Source: Camelus ferus
Taxonomy: Eukaryota
Assembly: GCF_009834535.1 (NCBI RefSeq)
Contig: NC_045696.1
Coordinates: forward strand, 17,920,001-17,984,000
Direction of reading: 5' to 3'
DNA length: 64,000 nt
Shown: positions 1 through 13,351 of the stretch, one piece after another
How positions within the stretch are numbered: position 1 is the first letter of the stretch
Layout: each line of letters starts with the position of its first letter
The notes under the pieces: model-generated
Seen by the model: the letters and a program-made list of their open reading frames with translations, nothing else
The model's database searches: none
Told to the model about the DNA's origin: nothing
Program-made: the position numbers and the translations under genes

Positions 1-3000
1 CTGAATGACAAAATTAAGCATTTTAATCTAAAATATACACATATGTGGTCTCGGTACTATCAATTCCCAGTCTCCTGAAATAACTATTGATACCTTACAA
101 ACACTAACCAAATTTTAGGATAGGAAAAAATGTACAAGACTTACAGGGAGAAAAATTAAAATAAAAATACATTTTAAAAAATTAAATAAAATATGAAAAA
201 GTACACTGTATTCCTACATACAAAGATCGAATATAACATTTCTTCCAAAATTAACCACAAATTCACACAGTACAATTATAGCAGGGGCTTCTATTGGATT
301 TGACCAGTTTGATTATCTTTTCTTTTATTTTGAAAAGCCAGTTGCCAAAAATAGTATACTTTTGAAATTAAAGAAGAATCAGAAGGAAAGAGGAGAAGGA
401 AGAAGAGGAGACGGGGCAGAAGGACAGGAAAGGGGAAAGAGGGAAAGAAAAAAAGAATGGTAAGAATATATATGAAAAGACAATAAAATATGAAACACAG
501 TTATAGACAGATAAATATATGAAATGATGTGAAAATACCACATTTCCAGGAAAATGCAAAATAAAAATACAATTAGATATAATTTCACCAACTTCAGATG
601 AACAAAATTTTTAAAACCTAGGAATATCAAGAAGTGGAAAGGCTGAAAATAAAATATCTTATTTGCCTCTGGTATTAATATGCACTGCTACTATTTTATA
701 ATAGTCACTCAACATGAAGAGGTAGCTCAAACAGGTACCAAGCACACACTTAAGTGAAACTTAGGCACATGTGCTAGTAGAGACTTGTACAGGAAAATTA
801 ATGGATGCAATGCATGCAAAAGCCAAGAATTAAAAGCAAGTTAAATGACCAATAGCAAGAGATTAAACATACATTTTAGAAGCAATGATACAGTGTACAT
901 AAGGCGTAGTATTGAAAACAGTGTAAGATTTATAAACATATTAAAATACCAAGTCTGACAGTGTATATTGTTTATAGGGATGTAAATATGCAATCAGATT
1001 TTCAACTAATGTATGAAAATGATGAGCAACAATCCTAGGATAGTGATTTCCTCCGAAAGGGCTTCTAACAGGAAAGGAAGCACACTTTGTTCCAATGTTT
1101 TATTTTTTAAGCTTGGTGAACTTTCATACATTACTTGTTATAACTTCATGATAAATAATTTAGTACATTTGAAGTTGGTAAATGTTGACTTCTGTCTTTA
1201 TTTTGTAGCCTCTTTGATATTTTCATTCGAAGTTATTGACATATTTTTCCATTTCACGTTTTGATATTAGTAATTTCACTAAGTCAAACCAAACCAGAAA
1301 CTTGTTGAACAGTTTCCACGGTTCTTTGCTATATATTCTGAGAGAAATTAAAAAATATATAATAATCAAGAAAAATTAATAGCCTGGTTTAATGGATAAC
1401 ATGGAAACATTTAAAAAGGCAAACAAAAATATTCACTGGATTGAAAGCAGTAATATTTTAAAAATAAATTCTAAAACAAAGCAATAATCACCAATTAATT
1501 GCTCTTAATTCCTGTAAAGAACATAAATGTTTGTTTCAAAGATAAAATGTTTTATATGTCAGGAAATTTCAGAGCTTTAATAAGCAACACTTTTCATTGC
1601 TAATATTCAAAGAAAGATATAATACATGCTGCTTCCCAGGTTTACCTCAAAATGGAATATGTTCAGGAGTGGGGTGACTGTGTGGTTACCTCAAACATAC
1701 TGGAAACAGTGCTGTTGGATTCCAGAAGAGGAAACGATTTTAGGGAGGCTTCAAGAAAACATTACATTTTTCATGGGCAAAATAGAGAAAGAAAGCTAAA
1801 CATAGAAATGATCTATTAATCATTTGTAGACTAATTAATAAAACATTACACAAATGATGAAGGAATCAAAACTATCAGGTTATTAAATATCTCCACCACT
1901 TTTCCTATAGTCAATTCAGTTGAAAATACATGACTCTTTGTAATTATAATGTTTTTAATGCTTTAATTTTTTTAGCATCCTATCAGGTGTTCAGTTATTA
2001 CCATGTCTGAAAAGAAGTCCTCTGTGTAATTTTGACTAACATAATAATGTTTGACTAGAACCTTGTGCTAAAATAAGATAATATAGAGACAAAAATATTT
2101 ACTTTGCTTTCTTGTAAATATCCGTTTTGATTCATGGATATGTCTGTTATCTGTTCCTTCTGCTCAGCTGAACATCTGTTTTCCTAACCCTCTTTTTTTC
2201 TCTAATAAGGTTTGGGAACTTGAAAAACAATCTTAGAATTAAGTGCCACCTGTTTATAGGACACCCAGGCCTGTTTTGGATATCCTCTGGGACACGAGGG
2301 CATGTGAGGCTGTTTCCAGGCTGCAAACGGCAGGAAAGTTAACAGATGCTGGTGGTGCTCCTTGGATTACTCCTGGAGATCACGCACCTCGAAGGATGCC
2401 AGTCCATGTTTTCTCTGATGGATTTTGGCAGCAAGACGAGAGAAATAAAATGAGAGCATATTTGGTGTCTTATATAAACTGCCTAGAATGTACATGAGAC
2501 AAAATGATGAAGCACAGGCTTTTTTTCTAAAAAAATATAAAATATATCCAAACGTCTGTGTATATTATCCAAAGGTATTATTTTGAAATCATCTATTCAA
2601 TGAATATTCACTATTCATTGCATTTACTGAGATTTATGGGCATAGAAAAAGAAAGAAAATATACAAGTCACTCTCCTATTTACTGTTCTGTTTTAAGATT
2701 CACTTCATTTGTTTTGGTAGCTCATTAATATTTTAATATTTTTAATATTTCATATTTAAACACCTACATATTTTGGCATTTGAATATTTGATTTTATTTT
2801 AACATTTAAATTTTAAATATTTTAAATAAAGAACATGGAAACAGAAGTTGTGATAAGGCATAATCCATTTTTCTAATGTGCAATGAACATTTGATAAAAG
2901 TTAGATTAAATTAAAAAATAAATTCTGTGCATACTCATAGTCATGACCAAGGCTATTATTACTAGTGTTACGCTTTGGAAAATATCGCAGACACATTTTA

Positions 3001-3254
3001 AAACCGTAAGTCGAAAGTCCAGTAATTAATTCAGTGGTACATGAGATATAGCAGCATCTTCCGTAGAAACTGCTTTTAAATAAAAATTTTTATAGAGTTG
3101 AGCAGAAAATGGAAATGTATTTTATAGAAATTTGCCTGAGAGATATTTTAAAGTTTAATTGCTTATCTTTTGTGAGGACATGCAATTCACAATATTTTAC
3201 CTCTGTAACACTTTACAATTTAAAAGTTCTTTTAAAATTTGTTGAACTCTTATT

Positions 3255-3370
3255 TAAATTTCACAACACCCCTGAGAGTTTACAAGAGAGATGTAAATAT
3301 ACCCTCCTTCCTACTGATGAGAAAACTTAGGCCTAGAAATGTGAGGTGATGATTCAAGGTTAAATGTATA
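3255..3370 (-). mobile_element. MIR fragment
   Basis: TCACAACACCCCTGAGAG...GATGAGAAAACTTAGGCCTAGAAATGTGAGGTGA. Confidence 0.6.
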
Positions 3371-6300
3371 ATTACTATAAAAAAAAAAAAAAACCTGAAG
3401 AACTTGTCTTCTCATCCTGTACCATCTGTATGAGATTATGATTTAATATCTTCCCATATACTTAATAATTTGACAGAAGCCACTTGCTTCCTTTCAGAAG
3501 CTAAATTTTAGGGGCACAACAAAAATGAGGATTAATGGTAAAGAACAGATTATTGAGAACATTCCATTAAAAGATACTGCATTTTCTATCAGTTAACTCA
3601 GGGCAACTCATCATTGTCAACAAAAAATGTGTTCAGCTGCAATGTGGGCTATAATATACAAGCAATTACCCTATTTTTGATACTTCTTCTCATGATGTTT
3701 TGTTGTCATCATAATTATATTTATATCCATTACCACAGTCATTTCCAAATGTTGAACGGATTAGTTAAATAGAAAACAGGAATACAATTCTTACACTGGC
3801 AGTCTTATATTTATCATTGATTAGAAATAATCATTCTTTTTTTAAAATGAGAAACTGTTTTCCTCCTTATACTTTATTGACTATCAGTTTAAGTTCCAAG
3901 TTCTTTTTACCATATTAAAACTTTATATAAATTTAACATTTAAAATATTGTTGGATTCTACGTAGTTTAAGAATTAACCAGAAATTTGGAAAATTTTCAA
4001 TTTACTTACTTTGTAACTATTAAATTCAACATTCTTTAAACACCAAGAAACCAATATTTCCATTAACACACTACTTATGTCACTAAAATATAATTTACTA
4101 ATTTGATGCACTAACATTCATAAATATTCATTGTAAATTCATCTACTCAGATGGAAATATTTTAACAAATTAAAAAGTCTAATACAGATTTGAAGAAATT
4201 TAAGTACCTTAAAAATAAGATAAAACACAAACCATGATGATTATAGATATTATCTCACATTAAAATAGATTAAAAGCCCTAGTATATTAGATTAAATTTT
4301 AAATGTCTATGTTCATCCTTGTTTTGAACCTAAAGAAAAAGAATCCTTTTATGTCTATATCTTGCCAGCTTTACCCACTAAAGCTGGCAGAAATTGTATT
4401 GAATTCTATCTTCATAATTTTGCATGATTGCAGTGCACTTCCATGCTCAAAAGGATAACCATACAAAATACCATTTCAAGCTAGCCAAGCAAAGGTTTCA
4501 GGATCTGAGTTGTTGACCAAATGATGTTTAATTAGGAGAGAAGACATTGTTTTATTGTATAATTTTATCCAATCCTATCTATAGGGTCATTTAAAAACTT
4601 CTTTTCTATATGTGTCTTAAAAGAAATTTGAAGTCTCAGTTTTTCACAGAAATTTAGTTTCCAGAAACCTCCACTGTCAAATTGATACAATATTTAAATT
4701 TGTGTGACTGACATTACCTAACTCATTTTGCTATTAGAGTATATTAATCTAACCAATACATTATTTTAAACAGACATGCATATTCATCTATATATATTAT
4801 TTAAGCTATGCATATTTGTATGACATTTATATATTTAAATATGCATTATAGAATATCATAGATAGTATCTGTCTCTCATCCATTTATCATTGTGTTTTAG
4901 AATACATTGGGAATTGAAATATCACATTTCTTGAATCATACCATTATACTGCTTTTACTACAGCACTTCTTAATAGAAAGGATGACTGCTGTATTTAGGT
5001 AAACAAGTAAATAACTTTCAGCTTTGAAAGTAGCGAAATAAAACCCAAAGAACATTCAATCATTTTATTCAATGTAGAACTCCTAGAAATCTCATGACAG
5101 TGAAATAAATCCTACTAATTATGAAAAATAATGCATCCAGGATACTTAACTATTCCTAAATCGCTTATTTATGTGCTCTCCAAGTTATTTTACATAGACT
5201 TGAATTAATAATTTTAATAATAATAATCACCACAAAAATTCACTTGCTAACAAGTGAGAAAAAAAAGAATGAATTGGGGAATATACCTGCAAGAAATTTG
5301 TAACCAGCCAAGATGAGATCACTCACAAGAAATGGCACAAACGACTAGCATTTCAATTTTTTAAATTACCAAAAGAAATTAAGTCTATATGTATATATAT
5401 AGGCAGCAAGTTTTATTGGTTTTTGGATAGTGTGTATATACGTAAAAGAAGGATTCAGAATTCAGAATGGCTTCTTTATTTTTATTTAATTAGGTGCCCC
5501 AATGCTTTTCCATCTTTGCTAACTGTTTGGCTTTGGAGACTTTCTAAGAAAATTAGCTTGCCTGATAAGAATGTTGAGAGTGGTTCTGTAATCGTGGTGA
5601 TAATCATGAGTCTAAACATTACCTCAGGAGCCTTTGCTGGAATGAATATTTTATTCCAAATCTGATACAGTCTGTGCTACAATCTCTCTGGCCCTTCACT
5701 GGGCTCCACTGCCAATCAGCCTGGCCAAAGTCCTTCTGGATTAATGACTATGCAACACTGTCAACCAGCAATTAGCAGGAAGTCACCGTGACTTTATTCT
5801 ATGGTGAATTACAGCTGATTTGATGTTTCTTGATAGAGGAAAAGCACAGGGAATAATTCAGTGATATCCATATTAAAATCAAGTTAGTCTTACAAAAGCA
5901 CTTACTATCAATTGCTAAGAATCCTGATAAAGACTAATTTCTTAAAAATTCATCAGGAGACTAAAATTTATCTATTAAGTATGTAGTACCTATATCTTTG
6001 AACTTAGTTCATTTAGTGTTACGTTAAAATGTTTTATAGAGTGGATGATGGCATGTAAACAAGGCTTAGGAATTTGGGGGGTCATTATTTTAGTCATCTA
6101 GAATACGATTTAAATTGCTAAGGTCCCCTCAGATAGCTTTAAGATCTAGATACAGGTCCTATATGTAATTTGCTCATTACTGTTGAAGGCATAAATACAA
6201 TAATAAACACTTTTGAGTGAACGTTGGATTTCTCTGCAGAAGCACTGAAAGAGTATGGGTGGATGATCTACAGAAAGATAAAGATTATTGCAAATGGCTA

Positions 6301-7309
6301 TTATTCCAACAGAATTAGTCACAGTTGTCCTGAGGGGTCGGGAGACCTGTAAACAGCAAGATTCTCCTCTTTGTTTTTTCCTAACCAGAGTCTACTTTCT
6401 TCCTAAACCCTAATAGTCCTTTTTTCTTCTTTTATCCCCACCAAAACGTTCCTAGTTCTTTTGTTTCCTACTTATAACCCAATAAGAAGCATAGACTGTC
6501 AAGTATCCTATCTTACCCCTTAAGTGATCAAGGAAGATTTATTGAACGAACATTGGTGGCTTAAGGTATTATTGATTTTTTCTTAACTCCTATACAAATG
6601 TTCATGTGGTTTAACATGGCTGGTGGCCATTGCAAAAGGAAAACAGTCAAAGATTCTCCAGGTAACTTGGAAGTAAGGAATGTTACTTTTAACAGTCTAA
6701 TTAGGCTTCCTGTGAATTATGAAATGCATAGAATTTTTTAAAAGAGAGACAAACACATAAATTATCTTTCTCATGTACCCTGGTAATGACTTTGCATATT
6801 TAGTAATATGAACTCAGTTGCCAGTATAAGATCTAGTCTGGAAGCCTTTGGCAAAGATGGGAATTAATGTTGGGTAGGGAAGACTTGATTAACTATGGGA
6901 AAAGTTTAATGTCTTCTTGGTTTCAGACTTCGGATGTGAAAAAAATGTATGAATCACAAAATACAGGACAGAATCAAAACATCTAAGTAGAGGTCACATA
7001 ATGCATTATAGAGCCATAGAATGATTAATGTTGATTGCATGTGAATTTCTTTACAAGAGTGGTATTTTCAGGTTTAACTCTACACTGAAGGAACATTCTA
7101 ACTCAAGATTAAATTATAAAACTACATTTCCTGTTTAGGGAATTTATTCATTGAACTAGTTATTATTAAAAGATGGAGGAGAATGGAATAAATGCCAATA
7201 ATAATAAAAGTTGCAACCATCTTTAAAGGTAATCACTTCTATATAGATGGAATAGGCCATCTAGAGAGTTTCTACTAAGTCCTAGAAATTGTTCTCTTCA
7301 CATTCATAT

Positions 7310-7480
7310 AGCCTATCTTCTGATTCTCATTAAACCTTATAGGTGAGTATTAACTCTTTCAAACGAGGAGACTAAGTCTACCAGACACTAATTAAATTGC
7401 TAAAAATTTAAGCACATGTATGAGTGAGAGAGCTGGGATTTAAATCTAGGACTTCTTAATCTAAAGCTCTTGATTGTTCT
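7310..7480 (-). mobile_element. MIR fragment
   Basis: GAGGAGACTAAGTC...GAGCTGGGATTTAAATCTAGGACTTC...AAAGCTC. Confidence 0.5.
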
Positions 7481-9169
7481 ACTGTGTAAATTAAATATGC
7501 CAAGGTCATTTCTGTGTCCTGGGAAATGTAGACACGTTAAAGATCCCTGTGCTTTAAACATACCCATGAAAGTAAAGGAATACTTCGAGGAAAAAAAAAA
7601 ATACCCTTGTCACCTAAATCTTAAGGGTTAAATAGAAATTTTACTGGCAAACAAGATCATTGAGGTGAGTATAGTGGTGAATAGAGAAAAGCATGCATCT
7701 CAAGACACTCAAGAAAATTTGATAAGAGATTAAGATGTAGATTTTTAAAAAGTCAAAAGGTAGGAATGGTATTTGCAGGAGCTGAATTTGGAAGCTGTAG
7801 CAAAAAAGGAGTGATCAGAAATGAAAATATAACAAGGAGGAGTCTAGCACAAAGGCCAAAGGAAAAATAATGCTCAAGGGGAAGATGATGGTGAATAGTC
7901 TCCAATACTGTTGGTGGACTGAGCTGAGTGAGAACACAGAATAAACTTGTATTTTAGTAAACAGAAGTTGGCAGACTATCTTTGAAGAAGTGATGTTGTA
8001 GTCAGAGTGACATATTAGGAGTTAAATGAGAGACTATATGATAAGAAGAATGGGACAATAAAGATAGAATCACCAAAATACAAGCAAGCTGTAAACAATC
8101 ATTTTTTTCAAACTTTCAAATAAAATGCTCTATGACCTTTGATCATTTCATACAAAATAGTTGCCGAGAGACTGAACTTTTAAGGATATTCTTAGTGTGT
8201 GACTTTTGAATGTCACCTTACATTATCTGACCTTTAGAATTATTTTATATTTTTTTATGCTACCCACTATTTCTATAAGATTGACAGTTTTCTCTTAATC
8301 CAAACATAATGTTACATTTATAACATTGTTTAACTAAAATATCAATGTGTTAGCAATACTCTTCCTTTCCAAATCTATTCTTCCCTGCATAGGTGAAATT
8401 ACTGGAAGCACTAGATGCTAAAAAACAGAACTGTCAGGGAAAGAAAATTGGGACTCAGGATTTACTGTCTTTGAGTGGAGCAGATGATGAAAGATGAATT
8501 CAACCCCTGAGCTCTCAAGAATCCAGATTTGAAAGGAAACTTGGAATTCATTTATCCAATTAATTAATTTCCTCTCCCATAATACTTTCAAAGCATTCTC
8601 TGACTTCTGTTTAAATGTTCTATTACACATAGACTCAAGATCTAAGTAAATAAAACTGAGTTATTATATCTGTTAGCCATCAGCTGAATAGAAATTTGAT
8701 ATTGAGTGACAGAAAGGTACTGTGCTGGGAGCAGAGTGATTTTTTTTTTTTTTTACAGTTTTGATATTACATTATAGACAGATTCAATGAAGACAAGCTC
8801 TCAAGCTTTAACTGATTCCCAAGTATAAGAAGCCAGCTCTAATAGGAACAACCACTCTATTTTCTTGGACGTTTTTCCCCCCAAGTAGTGAGCACATGGA
8901 AATGAATATAGCCCCCAGCTGATGAAGGAGGCAGCAAACATAATCTCAGGATGACAAAGACTTGGCAAACAAGAAGATGAAAAGAAAGTAGTAAAGGAGT
9001 TTCTACAGGTAATGCATTTTAACCCATATATTTCTAAATACAAAACTGGTAAAAGTTTATTTTCTGAGTTATTTTTTTCTGAATAGCTGCATGCCCTTAT
9101 TTTCTTTCACCTACAAAAACATTCCTTCATTTAATGTACTGGAGAAAGGACATAGAGATACTCATTAAT

Positions 9170-11920
9170 ATGTCCAGAGGGCCTTTCATACTGTGTGCAA
9201 CTGTCTTATCTGTACTGCCCCACATTGTATTTTTACTGCCCTTAGAATCCTTTGAGCTTTGCCTATTCACTGCTCCCCTCTCCTCCAATCACTGGCAAAC
9301 ACAGATCTTTTCAATGTCTCCATAGTTTTGCCTTTCCCTGAATGTTATACAGTTGGAATTTTACAGTTTGCAGCCTTTTCAGATTGGCTTATTTTACCTA
9401 GTAATATGCATTTTAAGCTTTTCCATGTCTCTTCATGGCTTGGAAGCTCATTTCTTTTTAGTGCTGAATAATATTCCATTGTCTAGATGTACCACTGTTC
9501 ATTTATCCGTCCACCTACTGAAAGGACATCTTGGTTGCTTCCAAGGTCGAGTAATTATAATAAAGCTCCTATAAACATCTATATGCAGGTTTTTGTGTGA
9601 GTATGTTTTCAACTCCTTTGGGTAAAAACTATGGAGGATGATTGCTGGATCATATGATAAAATAGATCTCCAGTATATTGCCTTGACAATAGATCAAGCT
9701 GGAAAAAAAATTAATATAGTTACTCTGGCTTTCTTTTGATTAGTATAAACATAGTATATTTGCCTCCTACCATTTACTTTTAGTCTACATGTATCTTTAC
9801 GTTTAACGTTGATTTCTTGAAGATAACATATAACTGGCTGGTGAGTTTTGATCCAGTGATCTCAGCCTTTTAGTTGGTACATTTAGACTACTGATTTTCA
9901 AAGTGATTATTGATATAGTTGGATTAATATCTACCATATTCTGTACTGTTTTGTATTGCTTGCCCTTGTTCTTTGTTCCTATATCTGTCTTCCACTCTTT
10001 TTCTGATTTTTGTGGTTTTAATAGAATATTTTGTATGATTCCATTTTCTCTCTTAGCATAATGCATTGTGCTTATTTTTTTTAACTTGTTTTTAGTGGTT
10101 GACTTAGAATTTTCAATATATATTTATAATTAATCCAAGACCTCTATCTAGTAACACTACACCACTTCACAGGTAACATGACTATCTTATAATAGTAACA
10201 ATAAAAAATACTAATTCCTCTCTCCTGTATCTTTTGTCATTGATGCCATGCATTTCATTTATATATGACCATACACAAGTATATATATATATCTGTTACA
10301 TATATTAGAATAAGAAAAATTAAAACTTTATTTACCTTTACTTATTTATTTTTGATGCTCCTTCTTTACATTGCTCTGAGTTTACTGTCTATACTATTTC
10401 CCTCTCTCAAACTCTTTAAATGTTTCTTGTAAGGTGGATCTTGGCAACAGATTTCTTTAATTTTTGTTTCTCTGAGAAAGTCTTTTAATTCTCCTTCACT
10501 TTTAAATGATAATTTCAGAAGGTACAGAATTCTAAGTGGGAGGTTTTTTTTTTTCCCTGAACATCTTAAATATTTGACTGTACTCTCTTCTTGTGTGCAT
10601 GGTTTCTAAGGATAAGTCAGATGTAATTCTTCTATATTTTCTATATGAATGGTATTATTTTTCCCTGACTTCTTTATCTTTGAATTTCGGTAATTTTAAA
10701 ATGAGATGCCAAGGTGTAGTTTTTATGGCATCTAGCCTGCTAGGTATTCTCTGAGTTCCTTGAACTGTAGTTTGGTGTTTTACATTATTTTGAGGAAATT
10801 CTCAGTTATTACTGTTTCAAGTATTGCTTCTGTTTCTTTCTCTCTTCTCCCTGGGCATTCACATGACACATACGTTACAACATTTTTTAGTTATCCACAA
10901 TCTTAGTATATTTGTTCTTTTTTTTCTGTCTTTGTTTTCTTTGCTTTTCAATTTTAGAAGCTTCTATTAATATATCCTCTAGCTCTCTTCCTACACTGTA
11001 CATCTTTTTGTGTGCCTGCTTTATCCATTGGAACCCTTCACATGTTAATTATGGTTGTTTGAAATCATTGGTCTGATAACCAACATCCCTGCCATGTGTG
11101 GTTCTGATGGTTGACCTATCTCTTCAGATTGAGTGCTTTTTTTTTTTGCTTCTTCTATGCCTTATAATTTTCCCTTGTTAGTTGGACATGATGTACTGGA
11201 GAAAAGAGACTTTTATAATTGCCCTTCGGTACTGTGATGGTAAGCTACCGGAGGAAAGAAAGTGTTCTACGGTCCCGTGTTTAGCTCTTTGTCTTAGCCT
11301 TATGCTGCTGGACTATGAACTTCCCAGGTGTTTCTCATTTTTTTCCCGTCCCCATTAGGTTGACCATAATGGCTCAAGCAGGCAGGCGTTGGGTAGTTTT
11401 CCTTCCCCAGGTCAATTAGGCTCTGATACTGCTCCACTAGGTTAGACACTGATTTACCAGTTTCCCCGTAGGGCAGGTTTGGTAAGAAGAACAAAGAACT
11501 GTGATATATTTATAAATGGTTCTTTTCCCCCTACCACGGCCTCATGAAAAAGGAGATTTTTTTCCTAAAATGTTTACTGTGAGAGCCTTGTCTTGCCCAT
11601 GGAGATAAATCTCACAAACAGTGAGGACTGCATTATGAATGGGTCTCTCTGGAGCTTTTAACTCTCAGAGTTCTTCACACTGGGCCTCTAGTAATTCATC
11701 AATCACATTTGAGGTTTTTCTACCATGGAGCTGGGTCCAGTGCCTGGTGAGCAATGTCTCCCTGTATTCACCTATCTTCTCAGCTATTTGACCTGTGTCT
11801 TCCCCTTTCTTACAGAAAACAAGAGTGTCAATTTTTCAGTCTATTCAGCTTTTTACTGTTACTTTTTTGTTGTTAGGATAGTAGGCAATTTCCAAGCTCT
11901 TTACATTCAGAACTCTTGAT
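9170..11920 (-). mobile_element. Ancient L1 (L1MC/L1MD-like) 3'UTR and 5'-region fragments
   Basis: Typical old L1 3'UTR (CATAGTTTTGCCTTT...GAATGTTATACAGTTGGAAT, GAAAGGACATCTTGGTTGCTTCC) and ORF2-start-like MVDINPTISIITLKISSLNVPTKR on the minus strand. Boundaries approximate. Confidence 0.75.
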
Positions 11921-13351
11921 TTACATTTTGGATGTCAGAATATCTGTTTTGGTTATAATACATAAATTTTTAAATGTGACTACATATTAATTTTGTATTT
12001 ATTATAGTATGACTCCTCTGGTATTCTTGTTACTTCATAACATGACAAAACATTTTAAATATTGCTTGTCCAGCATATGTAACTTTTTTCTCAAAACTGA
12101 GTCCCTGCTTATCATACAATTAATTAAGTAGCATCCTCAATAATTACTTACAGATCTTGGTTTAGTGGATTCAAATTGCATTGTAACATTAAAATGTAAG
12201 CCAGGTAAGTACAGATACCCTTTCTTTCTTGCAATCCTTGTGTTGCCAATACTTAATACAAGATCTGTCACACAGAAGACATGCATTGAAATATTTGTTC
12301 ACTAGTCAATTATTAGCTACATACTTAATATGTAGCTAATATGGTGAAATTTTTCATGGTGACAGAATTAAGCTGTGTGTCAATTCCATGTTTAAAATTT
12401 AAATTTATATGTAAAATATACTGACATGTTATTTAAATAAATATTCTTGTTCAAAACATTTATTTCTCTTCTTAGTAAAATGTTATAAAACATTGAATGA
12501 AGCTGAAAATGCATCTTTTTCTGCTCACTTCTTACAGTTTTCATCCCCATTACTCTTATTCATAGCTGATCTTATAGCTTTGGATGTTTGCCAAATGCCC
12601 TGCTATTTGTAGGACTTCCAAAATACTCAGTGTTCCTACATGTGTTACAGACTGTTTGTGTTGAAGCACTAGGACTTGTGGCTCACAAACAGTTGGTATC
12701 TGAACCAGTTCATTATAAGCCTGGTCCTCACTGATGTTAGACTCAAACCTGGTTAGTGAGTTAGGCAGTCTCCACTTACCGAAAAGGAGACAGAAAGACG
12801 GAAAATATGTTTAGCTAAGGAGAAATTCTTATGGTCACAGATGGAGGCACAGAACGGGGTGGGTTAGCAAAAGGAAACCTGGGTGCTTGAGTGGGAATGG
12901 AACATGGTAATAGGGGCAGAAAAAGAAAATGTTCCAGGACATTTCTCAAGACAAATATGTTGCAATTAAAGATTAATCTACTGTTGTGTGTCTTTGGAAT
13001 ATAGATCTTGCAAAGTTCATTGCCAGTCTTGAAAACCATTGATTAGAGTGGGGCAGAAGGAAAAAAAGCTCATAGTCACACCATAATTATGTGGAAGAAT
13101 CATAAATGATTTGGGGAGTGCAATGGCAGAAATATCATGTGCACTCCATCTGTCTTTCTCTCTTCTTATTCAATCCATGCAGACGTATCTTCTCCAATTC
13201 AATATAGTGAGTTCAATCAATGAACTGGCAACGTGCCTGAGTGTCTTGCAAGTTGTTTTCCCATTTATTTGACACATATAAAGTTATGACTATCATGTGC
13301 CTATAAGCCTAGGATAATAAAATTTATCAAATATCTTTGCAAAGTTTTTTA

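Noticed and set aside
2339..2407. Minus-strand MDWHPSRC...TTSIC resembling a beta-connexin N-terminus
   Set aside because: Only MDW and TSI match, it stops after 22 codons, and no downstream connexin sequence is seen.
12311..12341. 13-bp inverted repeat hairpin (also an 11-bp one at 4363-4389)
   Set aside because: Short isolated hairpins in AT-rich DNA; too short for a pre-miRNA or MITE and no supporting context.
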